Shown here in pieces: positions 40,333 to 53,297 of a stretch of 64,000 nucleotides of DNA (its first letter is position 1; every line of letters begins with the position of its first letter). Location of the stretch: assembly GCF_006345805.1 (NCBI RefSeq), contig NC_043018.1:186001-250000 (forward strand). Direction: 5' to 3'. The notes under the pieces are model-generated. The model saw only the letters and a program-made list of their open reading frames with translations, had not been told where the DNA came from and ran no database searches. The translations under genes and the position numbers were made by a program. This DNA comes from Octopus sinensis (lineage: Eukaryota).

Positions 40333-41068
40333 GTATATATATGCATACATACATTATATATAGTTCTTTATTCTGTTACTGTTTCGGTCATTTGATTAGG
40401 ACCATGTTGAAGCACCGCCTTAGATGTTTATAGTCAGAGAAATCAAACTGATGTCCTTTTATTTGTAATCCTAGTACTTATTCTACCTATCTCTTTTGCC
40501 GGACAGATATGTTACGGGCATGTAAATACAAGTGAAGGCTGGAGGACAAATACACACACACGTACACATACATATATGAATACTAAGGATCGTCGCATGT
40601 CTATATTGAAGTTCCTACGTATGTGTTATGATTATAGGTGATCTGACCATCTCGTTCTAAATTCCAATTACATACAGATTTCAAATGCCCAGCCACAAAG
40701 GATCCCTTGGTAACCCTAATGGTCCTTTCTGAGCATCTACAATACATTTGGAATATCTATCCCAGTGCTACAAACAACCATCGTGATGAAATGCGCGTAG
40801 GAATACTCATATATTCACTGTTTATCCTTCTTGTTGGGACACTTGTTCTGTCCCTCCTAAGTGGTAATACTAATCAGTAGAATCATTATTCAAAAACTAT
40901 ACAGGTGTGGCAGGAAGCTTGCTTCCCAACCTTATGGTTCAGGATTCAGTCCCAAGGCATGGCTTATTAGAAATATGTTCCCTATAAACTGTCAGATTTA
41001 CAACCCTATACGTCAATAAACGACTATTGTCCCATAAATTTGATTTTGATACCTTCTACAGACTGCTC

Positions 41069-41206
41069 GAAACATCACAAAAATTCATGAACTGATCTTG
41101 GAGGATCGTCGCCGAATAATTAACGAAATTGTTGATGTGACATGTGCGTCTTAGAATTCGTGCCAACGAATTTTTGCTGAGGGATTGTGAAAGAGAAGAA
41201 TTGCGA
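41069..41206 (+). mobile_element. 138-bp mariner fragment between 52-bp direct repeats
   Basis: About 7 substitutions plus a 1-nt indel versus 36372-36510. Flanks 41021-41072 and 41204-41255 differ at 5 positions. Confidence 0.85.
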
Positions 41207-41779
41207 CTATTGTCCCTTAAAGTTGAGTTTGATACCTTCTAAAGACTGTTCGAAATTTAGTAACTTCCTACAACTCGATCCTTTTATCTTGCCTTTACAA
41301 ATACACACACATATACATATGTGTATATTTTCTACACCATTTGTACATTTTGTTGTGTCTGTTTTTCAAAGAACTGCAGGCTATACTTTGCCCATGGTGT
41401 CAAAAGCATAGAGTCGTAGCTCTTTTTTGCTTCTTTCAAGATCAAACCCCTCCATCCAGCTGACTTCGTCGGCGTTGACGAGATGTCGCACTAACGGGAC
41501 CCCGCAAGTAGTCTTCTCTACAGCTTCTTTGAGAGAGTATATGCTCTCAGGAAAATCGCAGCCAACACTCCAATATTATTCAGACAACTCCACTTGTGAC
41601 GCAAAACATTGCATATTAGTGTCAAAAGCCGCTATTAGTGTCATCCAATCATGGGCCGCTCTAGTGTCATCCAATTAATGGACACGATTCTACCATGTGA
41701 ACTCGAAACTGTTATAATTCGATATATGAATATTATTGAAATCCACATTCCTCACGCTCCAAATCGAGGGCCCGAAGAG

Positions 41780-42390
41780 GCTGTAGTGTGGTAAGCAGCG
41801 ACGGTAGACAGTATGGAACAAACTTTCGATTAATCTGTTGTCCAGAACCCCACCTAATATGGACATCCAGCCTTTGGTTATGAAGCAGTGGTCAATCTAA
41901 TCGTCATTGTTGCTGATCAGCGTCATCGATGTAAGGACAAATGGATCACTGTAAAATTGATAATAAACATAATGGCTTGCAGCCATAGCTTGGAATATCG
42001 GCTCATGAGAAAAAAAGTTTAACTCCAGTAACTTAGAGATAACATTTTCAGGGAGAAATTAGTAACTTCATCAGTTTAATCACAATGAGATTGGAATAAT
42101 ATCTAGCATCAACGAGTGTGGATGTCCGTCAAAAGCAATTAAGTTCATAAATTATATTGTATGTGCATATCACAAGTAATGCAAGTTTGACCGGTTAAAA
42201 AAATATGCTTCGCAATCATAAACGTCTGGGCTCGTTTTATATGTGTGTCCATGCTATTGGATAAATCTGTATAAAAAGCTGTGCAGATAGCAGTTGTAAG
42301 GAAACCAATCAGATGACATATGTTGATAATCGTCGAAAACGGTGGAGAATGCATCATAAATGACAATTGCCTTTTCCAAGGTTCATTGTT
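41780..42390 (-). mobile_element. Highly decayed LINE reverse transcriptase remnant
   Basis: Ordered weak motifs on the minus strand: KAIVI..DDYQHM, AFDGHPHSLML, PYIDD. Confidence 0.35.
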
Positions 42391-43600
42391 CGCTTATGGA
42401 AAAACTTGCTAAAGCAGGAACACTTCATGATATTTAAACTGTATTTTGACGTCCCTCATTTTCATTGTGTAAGATATGGATTTTCTAGAATGACAGTAAT
42501 TTCCGAAAGAAATCCTCCATAGACTTCTCTTCAGCGATCCCCTTTTGTTTTTAAGCGCGATATTTATGGCCATTTTAAATTACAGAGAGAATTTACTTTT
42601 CACTTCCTCTTAAACGTTACTTTTACAGTAGAATTGTTTAGCCAACTTCATTCCTATAAAATGATTGAAATTTTATAGTACGTATAGGTTAGGTTAGCTT
42701 ATCACGGAGGAGACATCATTTCGACAGACACCTTAAAACCATTGCTATAAAATATGCTGAAACTTTTATGGAAAACCCTAAATACATCTAAAGAGCTATA
42801 CAGTTCATTTGATTGTGTGACGAGAAGAGCTAAGATTGATATGGTATGATTGAGATTCAAGGTGGAATGGAAACGTCACACAGTTATATTGCTTTTATAG
42901 AGTTTGCTGCTGTGATTAAAGTATAGCATTGTTTATGAGAAGCAAACGGTGAGCTTTGTAGAGTTAATTATAACTAAGAATGATCTATCTGTTTTTATAG
43001 TCTTGCCATCACGGAACAAGGAACAATGTCAAACACTTTAGCTCAATAGATCATAACAGCAACCACTTCGCTGATGGTGTTTCGCAAAACCACTCTGAAA
43101 GACAATTCCACTAAGAATATGAGTCTTTGTAATTCCATGATGATATTTTGACGTGAATTGATAATGCATACATGCAAACAAATATTTATTTACATAAAGA
43201 TGTGCAAGAATACATCCATAGAGAGATATGCTTCTATACACATTCTATATATGTACATAAGCACTTGCAGCCACGAGAATATAAACATTGGAATCCTCAT
43301 TCATCTAAATACGACATTTAATCATTGAGCGTGCAAACAAAATGAAAAGTACCACATGCTATGATTTTATGTCTATGCGAATAAAGAATTTGGAAATATT
43401 GTGCATCAGATATATCATATACAGACAGCATTAGAATATTTACCACAAGTTGCTATGAATACCTATGCATATACCAAGATGTTTATATGGCTAGATACAT
43501 ACACACACACATAAATACATGGTAGACCTACACATATTACATAGTTATCTAGCGGAATACAAACATAACGACACACAATTTGAATATGTGAATCTAAAAA

Positions 43601-44065
43601 GTCCAGCATCTCGAAAGAGTCCAGAAGCTGGCTACCCGCATGGTTCATGGTCTCAAAAATTTGTCCTACGAAGAAAGGCTGAGGACGCTCGACCTTTATT
43701 CTCTTGAAAAACGCCGCCGCCGTGGTGATCTCATTCTCGCCCACAACATCATAAGTGGAAAGTGTAACCTCTCGAAAGAGCTGTTCTTCACTCCTGCTCC
43801 AGAGCGTCGGCTGCGGGGTCATTCCGAAAAGCTCTACCTGCGACGATTTCATCTCAATCGAAGGAGAGGAGCTTTCTCCGTCCGGGTTGCGGATCCGTGG
43901 AACAAGCTGCCAGACGAGATGGTGAAAATGGCGACGACCGCTTTGTTCAAAGCCTCCCTTGACCTCAAGTGGCCTGAACTCTTTACATGAACACCACCCT
44001 GTACTTAACTCCATGTCCCCCTACATGGCCTTGCTATTTGCTTCTGAGCCAAATTAACTAACTAA
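43601..44065 (+). mobile_element. 5'-truncated CR1-type LINE: ORF2 C-terminus, 3' UTR and (AACT)n tail
   Basis: HLERVQKLATRMV...SYEERLRTLDLYSLEKRRRRGDLI...FSVRVADPWNKLP, uninterrupted to the stop at 43990. 3' stem ccatgt/acatgg (44011-44028); possible TSD ctaaaaa (43594-43600, 44066-44072). Confidence 0.92.
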
Positions 44066-44383
44066 CTAAAAAATTTTTTGTCTTTTTTGCGAGCACATTC
44101 CTCTTTATGTTTATCTCACTTCATCCCTTCCTTACCGCGTCCTGGTCTTTCAAATGTGGCGAATGACTATTTTCGAATCGTCATACAAACACGCTTTTAC
44201 CATTTTAATACCTTCTCCAGAACAAAGACCTTGGAAGGCACTCGGTTGTATTCCAAACCATTTTTCTTGTTTCAAGCCTCTTCCTTAAAATCTTAAAGTG
44301 AAATTTCCTTGGACATTTCCGTTTTCATATGATTCCCTTCATGTAAATGCTTACACACACTCACACACACAGACAGACAGACA

Positions 44384-44477
<94 letters not shown>

Positions 44478-44769
44478 AAATAGTAAAAAGTGAAAAAACT
44501 ACAGAAGGCTTAAATGTTAAAAAATATATATTTGCGTCAATATGTCTGAAGAATATTAAAATTTTTTTTTTTCCTCTTATAATGACATAGTTTTGAAGAA
44601 AGACCGGTTTCGCATTTAGCTTTTAAAATTTCTTACGACGTTATGTTTATGTTGAATAGAATTATCGTTATGTTTATGTTCAAAAGAGTTCTAAATAAGG
44701 GGAAGTATTGAGTGATTTCTTCCGGTGTAAGGGAGATAATCGCTTAAATTTTTTTTCCTTTCCCTTGGT

Positions 44770-46160
44770 GTGAATTTCTCTGTATCAGTATGTTGGGATG
44801 GTTAAGTCTGAGCTTGTACTTTTCAATGAAGAATGTTTTCTTGTTTAGGCTAATTTGTGTTGATGATCCGATAGCACATTGGTAAAATGGAAAGATTAAA
44901 AATTGTGGTAGTAGTTGCTTTGCGCATTTCTCAATGTGCTCACTAAAAGGTATCATTCTGTATTCTGGGAATGCAATCTGTTGTCGATGCAGTGTGCATC
45001 TACGTCTGAGTGATAGTCCAGTGGATCCCACGTAGTCTTGGTGGCAGCCCGAGCATTTTATGACATAAATTATGTTTTCAGAGGCACAAGTAAAGTTAGA
45101 TTTGATCTTGAATTTCTGTCCCTCTTTAAAGAGGAATTCTGATCCTTCTAGCAGGTTTGGACATGTTGCACAGTTCGATCTACCACATTTTTTTTTACTT
45201 TTGCATCCGTAATTTCAGAAGACAATTTTCTCTTTGTGAGAATCTTTTTAAGTGATTTGGGTTGTTTGTAGCTTTTAATGATTTGGTGTATGTTTAGAAT
45301 TTCCTTTAATTTGGGGTCCTTATGAAGTATTGGTAAATTCTGGGTGATGATGGTGAAGGCTTCTTTGTTTCTGGGGTTGTATGTAGATATGTAAGGTAGT
45401 ATTTTCGGGGAAGGTGTGTTGTTGTGTTGAACTTTTCTTAAAGTTTCTATGTTGATTTCTGTTGCACGTCTGATCCCATCCTCTATGAGTTGAGCTGGGT
45501 AATGTCTGTCAATTAGGGTGTTTTTGAGTTCTTGCAGTCTAAAGTTCCTGGTATTTTGTTCTGACACTATTGTGCATATCCTTCTTGCAAGGTTGAAGGG
45601 GATGTTTGTTTTAGTGTGTCTTGGGTGGCATGAATTAAAAAGAAGGTATTGTTTGGCGTCTGTGGCTTTGTAAAAAATGTCTGTTTCTATTTTAAGGTTA
45701 ATTTTTTTAATTAGTATATCCAAGAACGGGAGCTCCTTTTGGTTGTATTCCATTGTGAACTGTATATTTGGGTTTATGCTGTTCAATAGGTTTTTAAATT
45801 TTAGGAGTTTATCTGTGTTTTCATTCCAGTGTATAAAACAATCGTGTAGGAATCGTTTCCAATTCTCTTTTATGTATTGAGAAAGGGGGTTTCCAAAGAT
45901 TGATAAAGATTCCTGGTAAATGATTATTTCCATGTAGCCCATTGTTAGGTTCGCAATGACTGGTGCTGCCCTTGTACACATAGCAATTCCGGATTTTTGA
46001 CGGTAAAATGTATTGTCAAACATGAAGTGGTTATTGTGTAGGATGAATTCAATTGATTTAGTAATGAATTTTTTACTGATTCTTTTTGGTATTTCTTCCG
46101 GAAATTGGTCCAGCCAGAACTGTATTGCCTCTAGTCCATAATTATGAGGTATACTGGTAT
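44770..46160 (-). mobile_element. 5'-truncated Penelope-like element (RT plus GIY-YIG), Neptune-like, inactivated
   Basis: YTSIPH, QKSGIAMCT, WKRFLHDCF, NIQFTME, LPFLDI, SCHP. Removing one A from the run near 45190 joins CGRSNCATC and IIYVIKCSGCHQDYVGST. Confidence 0.92.
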
Positions 46161-46189
46161 ATATATATATATATATATAAAACATATGG

Positions 46190-46380
46190 AATACTTATAA
46201 ATAGGACAAACTTTAGCCATTTCTCTGCAGATTGAAAAAAAAATTATAAACAACCTCGACCGATTTTCGAACCTTATTGGGGTCTCATCAGAAGCATCCT
46301 CATCATTCTGACAGCTTCCAGAGGAACAAGCAACCAAACTGTTTATATACTCAACAAATGCAGCAGTTACTCTATGAAGG
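46190..46380 (-). mobile_element. Pseudo-LTR-like fragment with hammerhead remnant (46255-46294)
   Basis: CTT-CTGATGA-GACCCCAATAAGGTTC-GAAA-ATCGGTC-GAG; helices II and III are imperfect. Confidence 0.55.
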
Positions 46381-47879
46381 AATCCCTAATTTGCATACCG
46401 AAAGCGTTATCGTTTTGATGATGTCATATCGATGTAGGTGATATTTTCTCATTATTTCGTCTCAATGTATTTTGTCTTCTAGTATATTTAGATTCCAGTT
46501 AGTACATAACCGACATCCGTTCTCCGTGCTTGTACAACCCGCTTTACAACTTCTGTTGGCGCTTTTATGTCTCCGTAACTTAGAGATTCGACGAAAGAGC
46601 CCCGGAGCATAAGTATAAGTATCAGACTTAAATCATAAATGGCGGTCGTTCGAGTATTATTTTTCAAGATGGCGCCCCAGCAGAGCCGCAGTTTAATGAC
46701 TGAAGCAAGTGAAAGATAAGGGATAACAGATAGATTGGTTTTGAACATGCTACTACTTCTGAACTTCACCTGTTCAATGGCTTATATCGAATAGATTCCA
46801 GTCGCGACACTGCTGCAATTAATTCAGGCAATGTTTATTTAGAACCAAATGACTATTCCTACATCGAGTTTTAAAACGTAGATTATAACACTGTTGAGCA
46901 TGAACTGTTGAATTTAGACTTAGTAGTAGCTTCGTCCGAAGTGCTTATATTCGTACATCTGGAATTACATTGTCTATGTTATTTTAAAAACAGCTTAGTT
47001 GTCAAGTGCAGAAGGATTAGCTGTGATTTCTACCAGATTGATTGAACAGTTGGTAGGTGTACCACCATTGATATATGAACTGGAATATAAATATATTAGA
47101 AGACACTATACGATGAGACGAAATAAATGAGAAAATATCACCTACATAGATATGACATTATCAAAAAGATATATATTATAGAAGCTTCAGAAAATTCTCC
47201 ATAAAATATATATCTCCACATTGTAACATTTTCTTGTGTCGCTGGAAATTAGAATGGATTCGACTCGATAGAGATCGTCCTGTCGGTATCTCATCAGCAT
47301 TGTATTAAGGTGGTTTCTGTGAAATTCTTTCATACATTCACAGGCTGTTATTGGAATCAGGGATTTTAAATACCGGTTCGATAGTCTCTAGTATATCGTG
47401 AGAGCATTAAGCGTTACAAATAATCTATAAAAGTGTGGTAAGTATTCCAGCAACAAAGCAGGAAGAGAATAAGAGTAAACATGAGAATACAATTGAGAAT
47501 AGGATTCTGTTAGAACATTACATTACCAATGTTAAATTGACGAAATCCAATATAGATAAGAAAAAAATCCTCAGTGTTCTGCAGGAGGAAATATAATGCT
47601 ACATATGCAGATAAAGTATACACACACACGGCTCACAGACACAAGCACACACACTTACACATAACTACCTACGCACGCGTACGTACATACACGCAGTCGT
47701 GTGCACACGTCGAAGCACACACTTCATACGTCAGATTCAGTTAAACGTCAAGTGTAGTGCGAAATTGTACTCCAGTAATCTATCTATCTATCTGTCAGTC
47801 TGTCTCTCAGACTCCGTGCCCGCTTGTCTATTTGTGTGTGTATCTATCTATCTAGCTACCTAGCTATAAGCTACCTGTC

Positions 47880-47897
47880 TGCGTGTCTCCCAGCAAG

Positions 47898-47981
<84 letters not shown>

Positions 47982-48483
47982 ACTATCTATCGATCTGCCT
48001 GCTCGTCTGCTTGTCTATCTATATATACCTATCTATCTACCGTGGAGGCGCAATGGCCTAGTAGTTAGGGCAGCGAACTCGCGGTCGCAGTTTGCAGTTT
48101 CAATTCCCAGACCGGGCGTTGTGAATATTTATTGAGCGAAAACACAAGAAGCTCCACGAAGCTCCGGCAGGGGGTGGTGGCGAACCCTGTTGTACTCTTT
48201 CACCACAACTTTCTCTCACTCTTTCTTCCTGTTTCTGTTGTACGTGTATTTCAAAGGGCCGGCCTTGTCACAATCTATGTCACGCTGAATCTCCCCGAGA
48301 ACTACGTTAAGGGTACACGTGTCTGTGGAGTGCTCAGCCACTTGCACGTTAATTTCACGAGCAGGCTGTTCCGTTGATCGGATCAACTGGAACACTCGTC
48401 GTCGTAACCAACGGAGTGCCACGACGACGATCTATCTACCTACCAGTCTGTCTATCTCTTAGTCTGTCTGCCTGCGTTTCTGC

Positions 48484-48538
<55 letters not shown>

Positions 48539-48555
48539 CCTACCTACCTACTTAC

Positions 48556-48626
<71 letters not shown>

Positions 48627-48680
48627 CCTACCTACTTATCTATCTATCTATCTAAAATATCTCTACCTATCTGCCTGTCT
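47880..48680. repeat. (TATC)n arrays flanking a SINE A
   Basis: Direct inspection. Confidence 0.9.
48042..48420 (+). mobile_element. Full-length SINE type A
   Basis: gtggaggcgcaatggcctagtagttagggcagcgaactcgcgg...ggagtgcc. Confidence 0.9.
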
Positions 48681-49075
48681 GTCTATCTTTATACAGATAT
48701 GTATGGCTGTGTGTTTATATGTTTGCGCGCGCTTGTTCGCGTGTCTGTGTGCGTATGATTTTCTGTAGTCATGTGTAATTATGTATGCGTATTTGAGTTC
48801 CTAATGAAACAGACGTGTTATAGGCTCACGAAAGTTTGAACACGTATACACAGTTAAATAATGCTTCTATTACAATAGACTATACAAGTTGTAGAAACAA
48901 CTATTATTCACAAAAATAGAAAACAGACTAACAGTCACAAATACCACGGGTCATTTTTACAGATAAATACGCCGAAGTTACGTCGGCAACTAGTAACAAT
49001 CTGAATGAAACGTCTGTGTCACTGTCAATAAAATCATACGGAAAATTATGTGCGTGTGTGTATACACGTATGTAT

Positions 49076-49460
49076 GTGGAGGCGCAATGGCCCAGTAGTT
49101 AGGGCAGCGAACTCGCGGTCATAGGATCGCGGTTTCGATTCCCAGACCGGGCGTTGTGAGTGTTTATTGAGCGAAAACACCTAAAAGCTCCATGAGGCTC
49201 CGGCAGGGATGGTGGTGATCCCTGCTGTACTCTTTCACCACAACTTTCTCTCACTCTTACTTCCTGTTTCTGTTGTACCTGTATTTCAAGGAGCCGGCCT
49301 TATCACTCTCTGTGTCACGCTGAATATCCCCGAGAACTACGTTAAGGGTGCACGTGTCTGTGGTGTGCTCAGCCACTTACACGTTAATTTCACGAGCAGG
49401 CTGTTCCGTTGATTCGGATCAACCGGAACCCTCGTCGTCGTAATCGACGGAGTGCTTCCA
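49076..49460 (+). mobile_element. Full-length SINE type A
   Basis: tRNA-like head with TCG at the anticodon position; tail ends gacggagtgcttcca. Confidence 0.92.
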
Positions 49461-49970
49461 TGTGTGTGTGTGTCTATGTGGATGTATGTGTGTGTGTGTG
49501 TCTTTGTGGATGTGATTCAGTCACTTTTGCGTGCTCCTGTATTCGTTTTACAGATATAGGCCAGGTCCAATTAGATGGCGCCACCGACAAGTAACTTTGA
49601 CAATGTCTTTTAAACGAATTTCGTTGGAGGGTACTACTTCACGTCAGCCCTTATATTATCTATCTCTCGCACTCTATGCTTACCATCCTGCAAAAATTCG
49701 TGTTAACTGAAACAACTCATGTACTGAGAAGAGCTTTATTTCTGTGAAAACAACATCCATTCAAGAATTTACTGATTTATTAATTTTTTAAATACGTATT
49801 TTACCTGTGAATTTGCGTGTGTAATCTGGGAATGCATACAATAAGCTTCTCTGCCCTAGGTGTACGGAAAAGACACGGCGAGAAATGGAAGAAAATTAGA
49901 AGAAAGGGAAAAAAATCAACAACAACAACAACAACAACAACAATAATAATAATAATAATAATAATAATAA

Positions 49971-50770
49971 TCCTTAAACAACCCTTATTCAGGGACCGTT
50001 TGAGCGGGATGGGCTACTCAATCTGAAGAAAATTCTAACTGGGCCCCACCTGCAAGGTCATGTGCTGTTTATCTTGATATGAGATCACCATGTCGCGCAC
50101 ATATGGTTGTGATGCATGTGCCTGGTGTACCTTTATCAGACGGGTAGTCATGATGGGTATATTGGGCTTCGTATATTTTACCCCAGTGTCACTTTGATGG
50201 CATGCACTGCTCTCTCACTCAATAATAATAATATGGCTCTCATGGCTTCTGATCTTAACTGATTGGAAGTGTTATCATGTACACTGTTTTGTCTTGGTAT
50301 AAAAGATGGGCTACAGCAAATATTCTGCTCAATACCACAGATTTGCTTGTCAGTTGTTTGACCGTAACCAGTTGAGCATGTCCCTTAGTGGCTGACGATA
50401 TGTGCATCTCTGATCATGAGCAGAAGTAGTGGGGGAGCATCATAGCCATGTGTTGAGAGGGATTTTGGGGGTTTGAATAATTCACCTCTGGAAACATGGG
50501 TGGTTCTTTCAACATCCTTAAACAACTCTTATTCAGGGACCTTTTGAGCGGGATGGGCTACTCAACCTGAAGAAAATTCTAACTGGGCCTCACCTGCAAG
50601 GTCATGTGCTGTTTATCTTGATATGGGATCACCATGTCGCGCACATATGGTTGTGATGTATGTGCCTAGTGTACCCTTATCAGACGGGTAGTCATGAAAG
50701 GTATACTGGGCTTCGTATATTTTACCCCAGCGTCACTTTGATGACAAGCACTGCTCTCGCACTCAATAAT
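49971..50770. mobile_element. Dispersed repeat inserted in (AAT)n: partial copy 49971-50220 plus longer copy 50235-50770
   Basis: ccttaaacaacccttattcagggacc...cactc occurs twice; both copies are bounded by aataat runs. Confidence 0.75.
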
Positions 50771-51738
50771 AGACTTAGAAATAGAATTACATGCAAAATA
50801 TGAAATACACAGTATAACAATGTAATACACACAATAATGACGACAGTATAGTGAAAAGAAATTTAAGAACGTATAAAATAAGAAATGTGTAACCAAATAA
50901 ATATATAAATCGTAGATTATATATTTCACACGAGGAAAACGTAGGATAAATCTCCGCTAATATGTTGCCCGCCTTCGCCCGCCTCCTGTAGAAGATCACG
51001 TGGAAAGGTTTTGTTGGCAGATGTTTGTCTCACACTCTTAACTTTCCTATGAACAATAAATTGAATTCCCAAGGCTTATTCCATTGTATGTTAATATCAG
51101 AAGTAATACCCACTCGTACAATATATGTTAAGCGGCATCGTTAGAAAGGAGTGAGTTGGAAATTTGGGAACCAGCGATAAAATTGTATTTCTGAATCGGA
51201 AAAAAGAAAAAAAATTTCGGAGATACTAGAAAATAGATATTTGCAAAGGTCTTTTTTTTTATTATTATCTCTACTTTACATATCTATTTACTTATTCTTT
51301 TTTCTTCGCTCACGGATTAATCTCGTTCATACCTTTGTCAGCAAATTTAATAAATTCTGGAAAAAAGGAAATATGGAGCTTTTGGAGTTTATTCGATTCT
51401 TTTCGTCAGATCACTATACCACAAACAAATTGCAAAACTCAGACAGAATTTCTCTGTGTGTCTGTCTGTTTGTCTGCCTGTCACTCTACATGTGTATGTG
51501 TATAATTGTGTGAGTGTGGGCGTGTAGAGGGTTGAAAATTAACACACGAGTTGGTATGTATAAGGAAAATAGGACAAGATATAAAATGCTAAGATAATTT
51601 TATCATGAAGAACATTTTAGCACTGGTTCATGTCTTTACGACCTTTTCAATTCACAGTAAAACATGAAAAACAATTAAATTGTGGAAAAATTAAATGAAA
51701 AGTTTTTTTTTAAATATTTCCGCGCAGCAGTGGCCATA

Positions 51739-52140
51739 TAGGCGCAGGAGTGGCTGTGTGGTAAGTAGCTTGCTAACCAACCACATGGCTCCGGGTTCAG
51801 TCCCACTGCGTGGCATCTTGGGCAAGTGCCTTCTGCTATAGCCTCGGGCCGACCAATGCCTTGTGAGTGGATTTGGTAGACGGAAACTGCAAGAAGCCTG
51901 TCGTATATATGTATATATGTGTATGTGTGTTTGTGTGTCTGTTTTTGTCCCCCTAGCATTGCTTGACAACCGATGCTGGTGTGTTTACGTCCCCGTCACT
52001 TGGCGGTTCGGCAAAAGAGACCGATAGAATAAGTACTGGGCTTACAATGAATAAGTCCCGGGGTCGATTTGCTCGACTAAAGGCGGTGCTCCAGCATGGC
52101 CGCAGTCAAATGACTGAAACAAGTAAAAGAGTAAAGAGTA
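51739..52140 (+). mobile_element. Full-length SINE type E
   Basis: Close match to 12487-12893. Confidence 0.92.
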
Positions 52141-52855
52141 TAGTTTTTAAATACATGAGGCATTTTCATTGTTTCTCACTGTCTGACTCTCTCTCGCTCT
52201 CTTTCTCTCTCTCTCTCTCCCTCTTACTTTTGTGAAAGCCCGGTAGGTAGGTAGTAGCAGATCTGAAAAAATATTTAATATGAGGGATGTGGGTTCTTGG
52301 TTTTGATTATGTAAACAGCATCACCCGTGGAAGGAGATGGCGAAGAAGAAGAGCGTGTAGGAAAATAAGAGGAAGAACAAAAATGCGTGAGTGGTATGAC
52401 ATTAGTAAGATGTTCGTGGAATCCCATTAAGTGGTCAAGTGACCTAAAAGTGACGTGTTGTGGTTGTAATAGTAGTGATTGGAATTGTTCTAAATAAATT
52501 CATGTGTAGTGACTTTGCTATAACCATGATCACTGCTTTTACCAATGTATTCACCAAGTAAAAACAACGGGCTTTACTAAATATCTTACAAAAGCAAAGT
52601 TTGAAAGAAACGTTAACCATTTTTTATACTCTCTAGGAGTAAGCAAATCGGAAAAAAGTTGCTACACAAGGACAAGAATCATGTTACACCGCGTAATAGG
52701 TAACCAGCTCGAAGCAAACAGTACCAAGTACTAAAGCCAAGTGTTCGCCACCGTCGGGGTGCCTTTTATGTTTCAGCACAATAAAAGGTGGAATATATTA
52801 GATAATATTTTGTCAGGTATCCATAAAATCATGAAAGTAATGACTAGAAAGCTTT

Positions 52856-53297
52856 TTTACTCTTTTAATCTTTTATATGTTTCAGTCATTTGACTACGGC
52901 CATGCTGGAGCATCGCCTTTAGTCGAGCAAATCGACCACAGGACTTATGCTTTGTAAGCCTAGTACTTATTCTATCGGTTTATTTTGCCGAACCGCTAAG
53001 TTACGGGGACGTAAACACACCACCATCGGTTGTCAAGCGATGTTGGGGGACAAACATACACGCGCGCGCGCACACACACACACACACACACATACACACA
53101 CACACACACATACATATATATATATACATATATACGACGGGCTTCTTTCAGTTTCCATCTACCAAATCCACTCACAAGGCTTTGGCTTGCCCAAAGCTAT
53201 AGTAGAAGACACTTGTCGAAGGTGCCACGCAGTGGGACTGAACCCGGAACCATGTGGTTCGTAAGCAAGCTGCTTACCACACAGCCACTCCTACGCA
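52856..53297 (-). mobile_element. Full-length SINE type E, inverted relative to 51739-52140
   Basis: Reverse-complement match. Confidence 0.9.

Noticed and set aside
47253-47301. Minus-strand CTGATGA with 4-bp helices I and II
   Set aside because: GAAA is replaced by GAG, requiring at least two changes, and there is no (TA)n-embedded carrier. It could be an old remnant but is not supportable.
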